Shown piece by piece: positions 19,049 through 29,664 of a stretch of 64,000 bases of DNA (its first letter is position 1; each line of letters begins with the position of its first letter). The DNA lies in assembly GCA_964406775.1 (NCBI GenBank), contig CAYOSW010000004.1, positions 7,392-71,391 on the forward strand. Reading direction: 5' to 3'. The stretch comes from an uncultured Gammaproteobacteria bacterium. GTDB lineage: Bacteria > Patescibacteriota > Microgenomatia > Daviesbacterales > UBA10151. The notes under the pieces were generated by a model. That model searched no databases. It was not told where the DNA came from and saw only the letters and a program-made list of their open reading frames with translations. The translations under genes were made by a program, and so were the position numbers.

Positions 19049-20770
19049 TTGATCCTGGACATTGAAATCCGAGCCTGTTACGATAAAAATATGGGGATTG
19101 CCGACCAAATTAAGAGTATTATCAAAGGCGAGGTTGTAGATGATGACGAAGTACTCGAAACATACTCAAAAGATGCCTCTATCTTTAAGGTAAAACCTCA
19201 GGCAGTAGTATTCCCCCAGGATGCTCAGGATATCGCAAATCTCGTAAAATTCTGCACGGATTACCCAGGATATTCCCTCACCCCGAGAGCAGCGGCAACC
19301 TGTATGTCAGGCGGAGCGATCAACGATTCAATCATTCTCGATATGACGCGTCACTTTAATAAGGTGGTGAGTGTAACCGAAGTCTCGGCCATTACTCAGC
19401 CCGGTGTTTTCTACCGGGATTTTGAAAAAGAGACCTTAAAAAAGGGTGTCCTCCTCCCCTGCTATACGTCGTCGCGTGAACTGAATACAGTAGGGGGGAT
19501 GGTCGGAAATAACTCGGCAGGAGAAAAATCTCTTTCTTATGGTCAAACTGAAAAATATGTTTCACGCTTAAAGGCGGTCCTATCTGATGGTAAAGAGTAT
19601 GAATTTTATCCAATAGATAAACAGAGCTTGAGTAAAAAAAGTCTGCAAAATGATTTCGAGGGTAGTTTATACAAACAAATTTCCGAACTGGTTTTCAAAA
19701 ATGAGGCTACTATTAGGGACGCTGAGCCTAAAACGAGCAAAAATTCAACCGGTTATTATCTTTGGAAGGTTTGGGACGGCCAAATGTTTGATATGACAAA
19801 GCTCATTGTCGGCTCTCAGGGAACATTAGGCATCGTTACTCAAATAGAATTCAAGCTTGTTAAGCCTAAAACCAGCACGGCAATGCTTGAGATAGAAATG
19901 CCTAATCTAGATAACCTTGATAAAATCGTATCCAGGGTTTTGGAATTTCTACCGGAGAGTTTTGAGTGTTTTGATGATGCTACCTTAAAAACATCCTTAA
20001 AATACCTCCCGGACATTGAAAAGGAGTTCAAAAAAATACACGGAATGGCGGTTTATTACCGTTTTTTCCCTGAATTTGTTGAAATGCTCATAGGAAAGCT
20101 GCCTAAATTGGTGTTAATTGCCGAATTCACAGCTGAAGATCCGGAGCAAGCAAAGCTGCAGGCTGAAAAAGCTCTCGGGGGAATCGCCGAATTTAATGTT
20201 AAGTCTCGGGTTGTTCTCTCGAATGAGGAAGAAAAATACTGGATAATAAGAAGAAACAGTTTTAACATCTTAAGACACCATTCAGGGCATAAATTACGCA
20301 CGGCACCGTTTATAGACGATATTATTATCAACCCTTCTGTTTTGCCTGCCTTCCTTCCCCGCCTGAAAACAGTTCTTGATAAATATAAAGGCAAAATTAT
20401 CTATACGCTTGCCGGACATATCGGCAACGGAAATTTCCATATTATCCCCTTAATGGATCTTTCAAACCCCGAAATAGTCGGCGTAATACCCGAATTATCG
20501 CGGGAAGTGTTTGATTTAGTCTTGGAATATAAGGGATCAATTGCGGCCGAACATAACGACGGAATGGTCCGGGGTATTTACCTTGAAAAGATGTTCGGCG
20601 CAAGGATGGTTGAGCTGTTTAAGGATGTAAAACAAATTTTTGATCCCAGAAATATCTTTAATCCGCATAAAAAAACGAATGCGACGATTGAATTTAATAA
20701 TGAGCATATAGATACCGGACTGACATTTAAAAAAGTAGAGGATTACTCTAACGTACCTAATTCAAAATGA
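19049..20770 (+). CDS. FAD-linked oxidase (GlcD / D-lactate dehydrogenase-like, PCMH-type FAD-binding domain)
   Basis: About 570 aa with an N-terminal FAD-binding region and the C-terminal FAD-oxidase fold. The start may be the internal MGIADQ (~19094). Confidence 0.7.
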   Translation: MILDIEIRACYDKNMGIADQIKSIIKGEVVDDDEVLETYSKDASIFKVKPQAVVFPQDAQDIANLVKFCTDYPGYSLTPRAAATCMSGGAINDSIILDMTRHFNKVVSVTEVSAITQPGVFYRDFEKETLKKGVLLPCYTSSRELNTVGGMVGNNSAGEKSLSYGQTEKYVSRLKAVLSDGKEYEFYPIDKQSLSKKSLQNDFEGSLYKQISELVFKNEATIRDAEPKTSKNSTGYYLWKVWDGQMFDMTKLIVGSQGTLGIVTQIEFKLVKPKTSTAMLEIEMPNLDNLDKIVSRVLEFLPESFECFDDATLKTSLKYLPDIEKEFKKIHGMAVYYRFFPEFVEMLIGKLPKLVLIAEFTAEDPEQAKLQAEKALGGIAEFNVKSRVVLSNEEEKYWIIRRNSFNILRHHSGHKLRTAPFIDDIIINPSVLPAFLPRLKTVLDKYKGKIIYTLAGHIGNGNFHIIPLMDLSNPEIVGVIPELSREVFDLVLEYKGSIAAEHNDGMVRGIYLEKMFGARMVELFKDVKQIFDPRNIFNPHKKTNATIEFNNEHIDTGLTFKKVEDYSNVPNSK

Positions 20771-21324
20771 AAACAAAAATCCCTCCTCAGGCTAAAATGG
20801 CTTTTAAAGGCAAGATTTTTGATGTTTATCAGTGGGAGCAGGAGCTATACGATAATTCAACAGCAATATTTGAGTCACTAAAAAGATCCGATACGGTAAC
20901 GGTAATCCCTGTTACAAGCGAGGGTAAAATTATGCTTATTGAAGAAGAACAGCCTCAAATCCCCCTGCATTTAAAAAATATTGCCGGAAAAGTAGACCCA
21001 GGAGAGGAGCCTGAGGAAACGGCCAGAAGAGAGCTCCTTGAGGAAACTGGTTATGATTGCGGGGAACTTAAGCTTTGGTACGAGCAAAATTTAGTTTATA
21101 AAATCGATTGGACTGTTTATACATATGTTGCAAAAAACTGCAAAAAAGTAGCGGATCAAAACCTCGAGGCAGGAGAAAGAATTACACCGATTCTGCTCGA
21201 TTTTGACGGATTCATAGAAAAAGTGACGGCAGAAGATTTCCCCAATCTGGCATTAAAAGTCAAAGTTCTTGAAGCCAAATTAGACCCCGGAAAAATGAAA
21301 GAGCTCAAAACTCTTTTGCAGTGA
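20767..21324 (+). CDS. NUDIX hydrolase
   Basis: Nudix box GKVDPGEEPEETARRELLEETGY. ATGA overlap with the upstream gene. Confidence 0.75.
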   Translation: MKTKIPPQAKMAFKGKIFDVYQWEQELYDNSTAIFESLKRSDTVTVIPVTSEGKIMLIEEEQPQIPLHLKNIAGKVDPGEEPEETARRELLEETGYDCGELKLWYEQNLVYKIDWTVYTYVAKNCKKVADQNLEAGERITPILLDFDGFIEKVTAEDFPNLALKVKVLEAKLDPGKMKELKTLLQ

Positions 21325-22294
21325 TATTTTTATTTTCCTTTAATTTTTCTTGCATTTTATTTGAGCTTAATAAGCCTGCCTGAGCTCCTATTTGCTCAAC
21401 AACCGAAGCCGAATTAGCCGCCCCCCAGCGCATAGCCTCGCTTAAGTCATATCCGCCTGCAAGCCCAGCTAAGGTCCCGGTTGCATACGCATCCCCCGCA
21501 CCTGTCATCTCAACCAGTTTTGCCGGAAAAGGCTCCAATTTATAATATTTCTCCCCGTCAAAGCCGAACGACCCTTTACCTCCGTCTGTTATCACAACGT
21601 TTTTCGGTCCCAAAGCCCCGATCCCGGAGAGCAGTTTCTTAATCGGTACAGGAACTTTTAGCTCGTGACCCAAAAAATGTATGGCTTCTTCAACATTCAC
21701 TATAAAAAAATCGGCAGAGGACAGTATACGGTGCTGTTTTTTGGCACCCAGCTTGACCTGAAATGTGCCGGGTTGGTAGGCAAGCTTTGCGCCTGTTCTC
21801 TCTATGTAATTTAACAACTGGTTTATTACCGGAGTCTCGGTATAATTTGGAGCCATAGAGGTCAGATAAATCCATCTGGATTTCTCAAGATCGGGAAGTT
21901 CGAATTTAAAAGGCTGGTGATGAACCAAAATTGTTCTCTCGCCTTTAAAAGTCAGAACAATATTGTGGTTTGAGGGAAAATCATCAGTCTCCATAACATA
22001 TCTTATATCCACACCCTCTTTTTTTAATTTGGCCTTAATTCTATCGTCATTTTGATCATCATCTTTATACCCGACATTGGTATAAATAGCGGATTTAAGA
22101 CCCAGGCGGGATGCTCCGACTGCATTATTTGCGGCATTCCCCGCCACAACCGAAATTCCATCCTCAACAGGAATTTTCTGACCATACCGCAGACCTATAT
22201 ATATCTCTTTGCCTTCACTGAAAATTCTAGCATCATCTAGGGGAATATATGTATCGATAACCGTGTCTCCTATTGAAATCAGATCGTAGGTCAT
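21305..22294 (-). CDS. PfkB-family carbohydrate kinase (ribokinase-like)
   Basis: C-terminal TGAGDAYATGTLAGL matches the PfkB signature 2. Confidence 0.75.
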   Translation of the reverse strand: MTYDLISIGDTVIDTYIPLDDARIFSEGKEIYIGLRYGQKIPVEDGISVVAGNAANNAVGASRLGLKSAIYTNVGYKDDDQNDDRIKAKLKKEGVDIRYVMETDDFPSNHNIVLTFKGERTILVHHQPFKFELPDLEKSRWIYLTSMAPNYTETPVINQLLNYIERTGAKLAYQPGTFQVKLGAKKQHRILSSADFFIVNVEEAIHFLGHELKVPVPIKKLLSGIGALGPKNVVITDGGKGSFGFDGEKYYKLEPFPAKLVEMTGAGDAYATGTLAGLAGGYDLSEAMRWGAANSASVVEQIGAQAGLLSSNKMQEKLKENKNITAKEF

Positions 22295-22297
22295 ACT

Positions 22298-23536
22298 CTA
22301 AGGATAGCGCATTTTTGCCTCAGATGGGGAGAGAACTTCTTTAATTGAATGATCATCATTTATTATGACTACCTGTTCCGTCCCGCTGTCCATAGCCAGA
22401 TTTTTAATTTGGATCCCGGGATGAACCGACCGCCAAAAGTAGTAAACAAATTCTTTAATTTGTTCGGGAGTCATACCTTTACCTTTTGCTCTTAAAACCT
22501 CCTCAGCCTGATCCCGCCACTTTAACGAGATTTGATAATCAGGCACATATAAAACATTCATAAATTCAATTAATTCCCAAAGCGGTGTATAAGTATTAAG
22601 TTTTTTATTTATGAATTTAGCAAACGCTCTCGCCTCTTCGGTCTCAAGCGCCGGAAGGCCAGAATCAAAAACCGTCTCATTTGTCACTTCTCTTGCTCCG
22701 ACCATCCATCCGTCATAAAAAATATAGTCCGGTTTTTGCCAAACAACCCTCCAGCCGCGGGGCAGTTCCTTCTTGTCTACAGCGATTTCGTCCTGTCCGC
22801 CGACAAAATAAACCGCTCCGCTGTCTTTTCCTAAAATTGTAATCTGGTTTTGACCGGGAGTATTTAAAAAAGCAATTAATTCATCTGGTAAGAAACCGGA
22901 AAGTACTGGCAAAAAAGAACCCATATCTGAGGGCAGATCCAAATTCCTTCCGGCAAATTCCGAAGCCAGTATTTTTAGGGCAGGAACTTTTTGAAGCTGT
23001 TTATTAATCATCAGTTCAGCCTCTTCAACTTTGGCGATAACCTTCAGATCATCGACAGGATTAATCCAGGCCAGTCTATCCCCGTCACCGCTCTGGATCC
23101 CCTTATCATATCCCGACACCAGCACAGGCTCATCGGTATAGTTAATCAGGTCATTCAAATTTTTAACAGCCAATGGAACATCGTGAGTAACACCTCTTCT
23201 TATGAATCTCGGATCGGAATTCCGCAGACTGGTAAGTTCTTTATGAGTAATATAGTGGTCGTCTATTGAGAGACTGACTGAAGACTTTTTATAAAACCCC
23301 AGCAGTATTTCCAAAATCTCCCCCTGGGTTGTTTTACCGGCTCCCTGGATCGCTGATACCCCAACTACCAGTCCCTTTCCTGAGCCGATTTCTTCTTTCA
23401 GCTTCAATAACTTTTGGACATAAGGTAAATAATAGAGTTCAAGATCTTTTTTTAAAGAATCCGATAAAATTTCCGGTCTTTTTTCGAGCAGAGGTTCAAA
23501 AATTCCGAAATCGGAATCAATATTAAAGTCCATCAC
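22298..23536 (-). CDS. P-loop kinase, D-glycerate 3-kinase (GLYK)-like family
   Basis: Walker A GVSAIQGAGKTT resembles the GxSxPQGxGKTT motif of plant-type glycerate kinases. The C-terminal half is unassigned. Confidence 0.4.
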   Translation of the reverse strand: MMDFNIDSDFGIFEPLLEKRPEILSDSLKKDLELYYLPYVQKLLKLKEEIGSGKGLVVGVSAIQGAGKTTQGEILEILLGFYKKSSVSLSIDDHYITHKELTSLRNSDPRFIRRGVTHDVPLAVKNLNDLINYTDEPVLVSGYDKGIQSGDGDRLAWINPVDDLKVIAKVEEAELMINKQLQKVPALKILASEFAGRNLDLPSDMGSFLPVLSGFLPDELIAFLNTPGQNQITILGKDSGAVYFVGGQDEIAVDKKELPRGWRVVWQKPDYIFYDGWMVGAREVTNETVFDSGLPALETEEARAFAKFINKKLNTYTPLWELIEFMNVLYVPDYQISLKWRDQAEEVLRAKGKGMTPEQIKEFVYYFWRSVHPGIQIKNLAMDSGTEQVVIINDDHSIKEVLSPSEAKMRYP

Positions 23537-23578
23537 TCTAATATTTATATCATAAAGTTATGATGAAGGTTTGAAAGA

Positions 23579-24346
23579 TTATTGAAGAAGAGAATCGATT
23601 TCAGATTTGAATGCGGCGTATGGCTGAGCTCCGACAACTAATTTTCCTTCAACTTCCGATCCTGTTGATTTGGCGATTATAAAACTGGGGGTACCGGAAG
23701 CTCCGGCATTTCCGGCATCAGCTAAGTCTTTGGCAACTTCATCCTTATATTTTTCAGTGTCCACACAAGTTTTAAAATTATCTACATTTAATCCTTGCTG
23801 TCCAGCAAAAGTATTGAGCTGATCCTTAGTCAAACCGGTTCCGTTCGAGGTAGTATTTTCAAACATAGTATCGTGCAGTTTCCAGTAAGCTTTGTCACCA
23901 CCCTGCTCTCTTGCGCAGTTAGCTGCAATTGCCTCGGTTGTAGCCATAGGATCGTGGAAAGATAAAGGAAGATCGCGGAAAACAATTTTTACTTTTCCGG
24001 TATCAACATAGTCCTTGGTCAGCTGAACGTGAGTTTGATCGTAGTGTCTTTTGCAGAAAGGGCATTCGTAATCCGAGAATTCAACAATCGTAACCGGAGC
24101 ATTAGGATCACCCAAAACAGGATCATCATCAAGCGAAACCTTGACCGGTCCTGTAGGCTCTTCCGGAGCCGCCGCTATCGGGGCTGATGAGGCTGCAGCA
24201 GCAGGTCCTGTACCTGTTGTGCCCGTATTAAATCCTTTGATCTTTACGGCTCCGCCGCTAACCAAAATTGCTATGGAAATAAGGAAGGAGCCTATTAAAA
24301 TTGCTATTGGGGTTGTAACTAAAGGGTTATTCTTTTCCGTTTCCAT
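23579..24346 (-). CDS. DsbA-family thiol:disulfide oxidoreductase (membrane-anchored)
   Basis: N-terminal TM helix, Ala/Pro-rich linker, and the thioredoxin-fold active site YECPFCKRH (CxxC). Confidence 0.7.
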   Translation of the reverse strand: METEKNNPLVTTPIAILIGSFLISIAILVSGGAVKIKGFNTGTTGTGPAAAASSAPIAAAPEEPTGPVKVSLDDDPVLGDPNAPVTIVEFSDYECPFCKRHYDQTHVQLTKDYVDTGKVKIVFRDLPLSFHDPMATTEAIAANCAREQGGDKAYWKLHDTMFENTTSNGTGLTKDQLNTFAGQQGLNVDNFKTCVDTEKYKDEVAKDLADAGNAGASGTPSFIIAKSTGSEVEGKLVVGAQPYAAFKSEIDSLLQ

Positions 24347-24437
24347 AATTATAAGTTGTTTACCGATATTACAGAATCTTCATAACTTTGTAAACCCCGA
24401 ATAAATGTCCGGAGCGTGCCTGCGCCTTGCAAAGTGA

Positions 24438-24650
24438 TTAAGCAGTTTTTACCTGATAACCGGTTTTCTTGATACTCTCAATTAAAACTTCTTCCTGTAT
24501 CTTACTCTCGTCAAACTCTATCTCTGTAAGCTGTTTAGCATAGCTGGTTTTTGATGATTTTACTCCGCTTAAATCCTCCAGATCAAAATCAATATTCATC
24601 GCACAAGCTGTGCAATTCATACCTGAAATTTTAAAAATAACTTTTTTCAT
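24438..24650 (-). CDS. copZ: Copper chaperone CopZ (HMA domain)
   Basis: 70 aa. The GMNCTACA MxCxxC motif is typical of heavy-metal-associated domains. Confidence 0.8.
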   Translation of the reverse strand: MKKVIFKISGMNCTACAMNIDFDLEDLSGVKSSKTSYAKQLTEIEFDESKIQEEVLIESIKKTGYQVKTA

Positions 24651-24652
24651 AG

Positions 24653-25693
24653 TTAAATTACCTCAATCGTTCCCGTATACATCCCCATAGAACACGTAAA
24701 AGCAATTTTCCCTTTTTCCATAGGAGTAAAGGTTAAAACTTCGGTGGTATTGGGCTGGACGTTTTTGCCGATTTTTAAGGAAGGGATCCGGAAAGCAGCT
24801 GCACAATTATAGGCATCTTTTGATACCAGACTCAGGTTAACGGGCACTCCCTGTTTTACTTTAAGATATGTCGGCGAATATCCTTTTGAATTAATCTCAA
24901 TTGTGGCATTTTGGACCCCGTTTTCAACTAACGCCTCCCCGCCGGGAGTTTCCTGGACCGATCCTCCTAATGATATTTCAATAGGAGAGTTCGCATATAA
25001 ATTCTGGAGCGAAAAAGAGGATCCGGAAACGACCAGAGCGCCGTTTAATGAAGTTATCCCGAGGTAAATAACAAGAATTGCCGCCAGTCTTAAGAATCTT
25101 CCGCGAAACTTATCGCCTAAAACCGAAGTTAGGGTTCCGAGTCCGAAAAACAGGGGAGAGGTGCCGAGAATAAAGAAAAACATAATTAACATTCCGTAAA
25201 AAGCACTCCCTGAGGAAATTGCGAGCGCCTCCATTGCAAGTGTGGTACCGCAGGGGATAAAAACAGTCATTGCACCGAGCAGGGCAGGCGCAAAGATATC
25301 TTTTGACTTGGATTGATTTTTGACAAGCCTTGTCAAAAATCTCGGGGGCTGAAAAACTACATACCTAAAAAAAGGATGCACATTCAATAGATTAAACCCG
25401 ACCGCTATCATATAAATTCCCGCGATTCCCTGCATCCAGATCTGGACACTCTGGCTGATATTTAACAGTCCTCCGAAAGCGCCTAGAACAAATCCTAAGA
25501 GGGAATAGGTGATTAGTTTTGAGACGACAAATGCGCCCACAGGCCAGAGGGAATTTTTGATATTTTTTTTAGACTCGATCTCTTTTTCTTCCCTAGCGGC
25601 AATAATTGAGGCTAACAATCCCCCCTGAACGGCAAGACAGGTTAGACCGCCCACAGTCAGGCCCGTTAAAAATATCACCCAAAGATTGGTCAT
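24653..25693 (-). CDS. Integral membrane protein (putative metal permease) with C-terminal cupredoxin-like Cys/Met domain
   Basis: About 230 aa with 6-8 TM helices, then a roughly 110-aa soluble C-terminal domain ending KIAFTCSMGMYTGTIEVI. This resembles a cupredoxin C-terminal strand (F-x-C...GM-x-G). Located between copA and copZ. Confidence 0.35.
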   Translation of the reverse strand: MTNLWVIFLTGLTVGGLTCLAVQGGLLASIIAAREEKEIESKKNIKNSLWPVGAFVVSKLITYSLLGFVLGAFGGLLNISQSVQIWMQGIAGIYMIAVGFNLLNVHPFFRYVVFQPPRFLTRLVKNQSKSKDIFAPALLGAMTVFIPCGTTLAMEALAISSGSAFYGMLIMFFFILGTSPLFFGLGTLTSVLGDKFRGRFLRLAAILVIYLGITSLNGALVVSGSSFSLQNLYANSPIEISLGGSVQETPGGEALVENGVQNATIEINSKGYSPTYLKVKQGVPVNLSLVSKDAYNCAAAFRIPSLKIGKNVQPNTTEVLTFTPMEKGKIAFTCSMGMYTGTIEVI

Positions 25694-27919
25694 TTAAATT
25701 TTTATCCTCTTTAGTAAAAGTGAATTACTTACAACTGAGATTGAGCTGAGAGCCATAGCTGCTGAGGCAAAGATCGGATTCATAAGTATTCCCCAAAACG
25801 GAAATAAAACTCCCATAGCTACGGGAATCAGGACTACATTATAACCGAATGCCCAGAATAAATTCATCTTTATCGTACTCATTGTTTGCTTTGAAAGTTC
25901 AATTGATGAGGCAACAGAACCGAGATCCTTATTAATCAGAGTTATTCCTGCAGCTTCAATAGCCACATCTGTCCCCGTACCCATAGCAATTCCTACATCG
26001 GAAGCGGCAAGAGCAGGCGCATCATTAATCCCGTCACCTACCATAGCCACTATTTTTCCTTCACCCTGAATCTTTTTAACTTCCGATTCTTTATCACCCG
26101 GCAATACCTCTGCCAAAACCCGGCTGATGCCCGCCTGTTTAGCTATTGCCTCCGCAGCACGCCTGTTATCTCCGGTTATCATCACAACTTCAATTTTTTT
26201 ATCCTGCAGGGCTTTAACTCCATCTCTTGCCGAGGGCTTCAGAGTGTCTGCAACCGCAATCAAACCTAAGATTGTCTTACCTTCAGCCAGCACCATAACT
26301 GTTTTCCCTTGACTTTCAAAATCTTCTATCTCTGGGTTAAATTTTGATAAATCAATATTTTCCTTCTCCATCAATTTCGTGTTTCCCAATTTGTAAAACT
26401 GATCTTTAATTATTCCTTCAATTCCAAAGCCTGGTATGGCTTTAAAGTTTCTTACTTCGCTCAGTTTTGAATCATTAAATCTATAGCTCTCTGCTTCTCG
26501 CAAAATAGCTTCAGCCAATGAGTGTTCCGATCCTTTCTCTAATGAGGCTGCAAGATAAAAGAAATCTGCTGACTTCATTTTAGAAGCAAATATTTTGTGA
26601 TCTGTAACTTTCGGTTTACCTATTGTTAGTGTTCCTGTTTTATCAAAGATCACCGTATTAACTTTGTGCGCAATTTCCAGGCTTTGAGCATCCTTTATTA
26701 AAATTCCCCTCTCTGCAGCTTTTCCGGTTCCAACCATTATTGCAGTCGGGGTGGCCAGCCCCATAGCACAGGGGCAAGCGACTACCAGCACACTTATCAA
26801 GCTTATTAGCCCGCCCACATAATCTCCTGCAATAAAAAGCCAGCCTGCAAAAGTCAAAACAGCAATAACCAGTACGGACGGAACAAAATAAGCGGAGACC
26901 TGATCAGCTAATTTTTGAATAGGCGCCTTTGACCCCTGGGCATCCTGAACAAGCTGAATAATTTGCGCCAGCATTGTTTCCGAGCCCACTCTTGTCGCTC
27001 TCATAATAAGGCTTCCTGATTTATTCATTGAAGCACCGATTACAGCATCCCCCTTCCGTTTATCAACCGGAATACTTTCTCCCGTCACTAAAGATTCATC
27101 AACAGACGACTCCCCTTCGGTAATTACGCCGTCAACCGGAATTTTTTCGCCCGGGCGGACTCTAATTAGATTGCCGTGAACGACCTGCTCAATCGGAATA
27201 TCAGCTTCTTTACCGTCTATAATCACCCGGGCAGTTTTAGCCTGCAATCCGATTAATTTTTTGATTGCATCCGAAGTATGTGATTTAGCCCTCGCCTCTA
27301 AAAATTTCCCCAGAGTGATTAATCCGATAACTACAATCGTTACGTCATAATAATTATGTTCGGTGTTTAAATATGGAGCGAGCGATTCTTCGAAAGCTGT
27401 AACTATAAAACTATAGATGAAAGCTACCGATGTACCAATCCCAACCAATGCATCCATATCAGCTCTGCCGTGTCTGATAAATCTCCACATTCCGGCAAGA
27501 TACGGTCTACCCACGGTAAAAAGCATATAAGTCGCAAGCAGAGGTAAGAGATGATGAAAAAATTCTTCGGTAATATTATTCAAAGGCAGAAAAATCTCCC
27601 AAAACATAATTAAAAAGGCAATAGAAACAGCGGAGATCGAAACAAAAACCTGTCCCCTTAAATTTTCAGGATTCTGCATATGATCGTGCCCGGACATTTC
27701 TTTATGAGAGGTGTCCATTACCAATTCGTAACCCGCATTTTTAACTGCCTCAGCCATCTTTTCTTCTGAGGTATGTCCTTTATATTTAATGGTAGCCTTA
27801 TTTGTGGCTATATTTACCGTCGCGTCGTCAACACCCTCTACCTTCCTTAAAGTTCTCTCTATTACATTAACGCAGGAGGCACAGTGCATTCCCCTAACCT
27901 CAAAAGTTTTCTTAGTCAT
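25694..27919 (-). CDS. copA: Copper-translocating P1B-type ATPase
   Basis: N-terminal [14 protein letters not shown] motif [18 protein letters not shown] phosphorylation site, and GDGINDAP hinge. Confidence 0.9.
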   Translation of the reverse strand: MTKKTFEVRGMHCASCVNVIERTLRKVEGVDDATVNIATNKATIKYKGHTSEEKMAEAVKNAGYELVMDTSHKEMSGHDHMQNPENLRGQVFVSISAVSIAFLIMFWEIFLPLNNITEEFFHHLLPLLATYMLFTVGRPYLAGMWRFIRHGRADMDALVGIGTSVAFIYSFIVTAFEESLAPYLNTEHNYYDVTIVVIGLITLGKFLEARAKSHTSDAIKKLIGLQAKTARVIIDGKEADIPIEQVVHGNLIRVRPGEKIPVDGVITEGESSVDESLVTGESIPVDKRKGDAVIGASMNKSGSLIMRATRVGSETMLAQIIQLVQDAQGSKAPIQKLADQVSAYFVPSVLVIAVLTFAGWLFIAGDYVGGLISLISVLVVACPCAMGLATPTAIMVGTGKAAERGILIKDAQSLEIAHKVNTVIFDKTGTLTIGKPKVTDHKIFASKMKSADFFYLAASLEKGSEHSLAEAILREAESYRFNDSKLSEVRNFKAIPGFGIEGIIKDQFYKLGNTKLMEKENIDLSKFNPEIEDFESQGKTVMVLAEGKTILGLIAVADTLKPSARDGVKALQDKKIEVVMITGDNRRAAEAIAKQAGISRVLAEVLPGDKESEVKKIQGEGKIVAMVGDGINDAPALAASDVGIAMGTGTDVAIEAAGITLINKDLGSVASSIELSKQTMSTIKMNLFWAFGYNVVLIPVAMGVLFPFWGILMNPIFASAAMALSSISVVSNSLLLKRIKI

Positions 27920-27921
27920 AG

Positions 27922-28194
27922 CTATTTATTTATCCTTTTAAACAAGGTCACAATTTCGGTCACAGCCTTTTCCTTCTCGTTTTCTATCTGGTGCGCAACG
28001 TGAGTTTCCAGATGCCTTTCCAGTAATAATGTATCCAGACTTTTTAGTGAATTTTGGATTGCCAGGCTCTGGTTTAAAAGATCGATACAATACTCGTTGT
28101 TTTCGATCATTTTCTGCAGGCCTTCAAGCTGGCCTTTAATAATGTTTAGGCGTTTATTTGCGGCCACTTTTACGTCTTCGTAATGTGATTTCAT
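27922..28194 (-). CDS. csoR: CsoR/RcnR-family metal-sensing transcriptional repressor
   Basis: 90 aa all-helical DUF156-type protein with Cys (YCIDLL) and His (HLETHVAH) ligand positions. It sits directly upstream of copA. Confidence 0.8.
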   Translation of the reverse strand: MKSHYEDVKVAANKRLNIIKGQLEGLQKMIENNEYCIDLLNQSLAIQNSLKSLDTLLLERHLETHVAHQIENEKEKAVTEIVTLFKRINK

Positions 28195-28204
28195 AGAGTA
28201 AATG

Positions 28205-28223
28205 TATACCCTAGGGGGGTATA
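28205..28223 (-). promoter_or_regulatory. CsoR operator (GC-rich pseudo-palindrome TATACCCTAGGGGGGTATA) within the csoR-copA promoter spacer
   Basis: An inverted repeat ATACCC...GGGTAT lies 10 bp upstream of the csoR ATG. On the minus strand it sits between a TTGACA -35 (28224-28229 as RC, i.e. the complement of plus-strand tgtcaa at these coordinates) and a TATACA/ATACAT -10. It is nearly identical to the B. subtilis-type CsoR box (TACCCTACGGGGGTA). Confidence 0.6.
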
Positions 28224-28385
28224 TGTCAAGCGGATGGTTTTGATTTGTAGAATCTATTAATTAGAAATTCTGTGTATCTGAATAAAAACATAAACGCCAT
28301 TTGAATTCCCTGGATTATAAAAGCCACAAGAAACATCAGCATAGAAAATAAAAAATCCAGAGGAAGGGCTACAGCCTGGCAGAGG

Positions 28386-29372
28386 TTACACATTCTTTTT
28401 TCTTCTTAGTACTTCTAAAACCGCTTTTTTTATATTCTCCTGGGTTAATCCGAATTTTTTTAGTAGCTCTGCGGGTGTTCCGCTCTCACCGAAGGTGTCT
28501 TCTATTCCGATTCTTTTAATCGGAACCGGGAATGACTCCGAAACAGCCTCTGCAACCGCACCTCCCAACCCTCCGTTTATCTGATGCTCCTCAGCTGTCA
28601 CTATTGCACCTGTTTCCTCAGCTGCATTCAGAATTGTTTTAGTATCTAAAGGTTTAATTGTGTGGTTATTTATTACCCGAACACTTATATTATCCTTTTC
28701 CAGTTCTTTAGCGACTTTTAACGCCATATAAACCATCTGTCCGCAGGCAATTATCGTTACGTCCTTTCCCTGCATTAAGACTTCAGCTTTACCGACTTCA
28801 AAAGGCGAGTTTTCACTTGTGATTGTCGGAACTTTATCGCGGGATAATCTTAAATAGGAAGGTTTACCATTTTTGGCGATGGCCAGAGTGGCTTTTTTAG
28901 CCTCAATCCAATCCGCAGGGACAACAACAACCATATTCGGGAGAACCCGCATCATAGCTATGTCCTCAAGCGCCTGGTGCGTTGCTCCGTCAGGACCGAC
29001 CGAAATTCCGGAGTGTGATCCGACAATTTTTACCGGCTGATTGTTATAGCAGATGGTTGTTCTGATCTGCTCCCAATTTCTTCCGGGTGAAAAAGTGGCA
29101 TAAGACGAGGTAAAAGGGATTTTTCCTTCGTGAGCCATACCGGAGGCAACCGTTACTAAGTTTTGTTCGGCAACTCCGATTTCTATAAACCGCTCGGGAA
29201 ACTTTTTCTTAAAAGCCTCCATCCTGGTTGATTCGGTAAGATCAGCACAAAGCCCAACCACATTAGGATTTTCCTCCCCGGCAATAACCAACCCCTCCCC
29301 GAACCCATCCCTCGAGGGTTTCATTTCAATATCCTCATCAAATAATTTAGGATTTAGGGTAATATTTGTCAT
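28386..29372 (-). CDS. Transketolase, C-terminal subunit (pyrimidine-binding + C-terminal domains)
   Basis: 328 aa that aligns to the C-terminal half of transketolase. The partner N-terminal subunit is 300 bp upstream. Confidence 0.85.
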   Translation of the reverse strand: MTNITLNPKLFDEDIEMKPSRDGFGEGLVIAGEENPNVVGLCADLTESTRMEAFKKKFPERFIEIGVAEQNLVTVASGMAHEGKIPFTSSYATFSPGRNWEQIRTTICYNNQPVKIVGSHSGISVGPDGATHQALEDIAMMRVLPNMVVVVPADWIEAKKATLAIAKNGKPSYLRLSRDKVPTITSENSPFEVGKAEVLMQGKDVTIIACGQMVYMALKVAKELEKDNISVRVINNHTIKPLDTKTILNAAEETGAIVTAEEHQINGGLGGAVAEAVSESFPVPIKRIGIEDTFGESGTPAELLKKFGLTQENIKKAVLEVLRRKKNV

Positions 29373-29373
29373 A

Positions 29374-29664
29374 TTATCTTTTTACATAATTTCTCAAAAA
29401 CCTTCTGTTGATCATAAAGAATAATATAAAAGGAACGATGATAGTAAAGATTTTTAGTATTGGTTGTAAAACAGATGGAATAAAGCAATGACTAAAATCC
29501 AGTTCAGGATTTATAACTACACCAAGACCAGGTAATGGACAAACAAGAACAACATTCTGAAGATTGCTTAACACTAAAAATTGATTATAAAGTAAATCCA
29601 CTGAAAGAAGTAAAAACCAAGTAAAAATAATACTTAAAAGTATTGATAAGATATTTATTGCCAT
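29374..29664 (-). CDS. Hypothetical small hydrophobic protein (96 aa) encoded in an AT-rich spacer between the transketolase halves
   Basis: Two or three predicted TM helices and no SD. The DNA is much more AT-rich than its flanks. Coding status is uncertain. Confidence 0.25.
   Translation of the reverse strand: MAINILSILLSIIFTWFLLLSVDLLYNQFLVLSNLQNVVLVCPLPGLGVVINPELDFSHCFIPSVLQPILKIFTIIVPFILFFMINRRFLRNYVKR

Noticed and set aside
22298-23536. Assigning the 412-aa P-loop protein specifically as glycerate kinase
   Set aside because: Only the Walker A resemblance (GVSAIQGAGKTT) supports it. The C-terminal 250 aa are unaligned, so it is reported only as a GLYK-like P-loop kinase at low confidence.
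28232-28385. Intrinsic terminator downstream of transketolase-C (CCAGG...CUGG followed by T-rich tract on minus strand)
   Set aside because: The stem is only 4-5 bp with a 14-nt loop. It is too weak to call.
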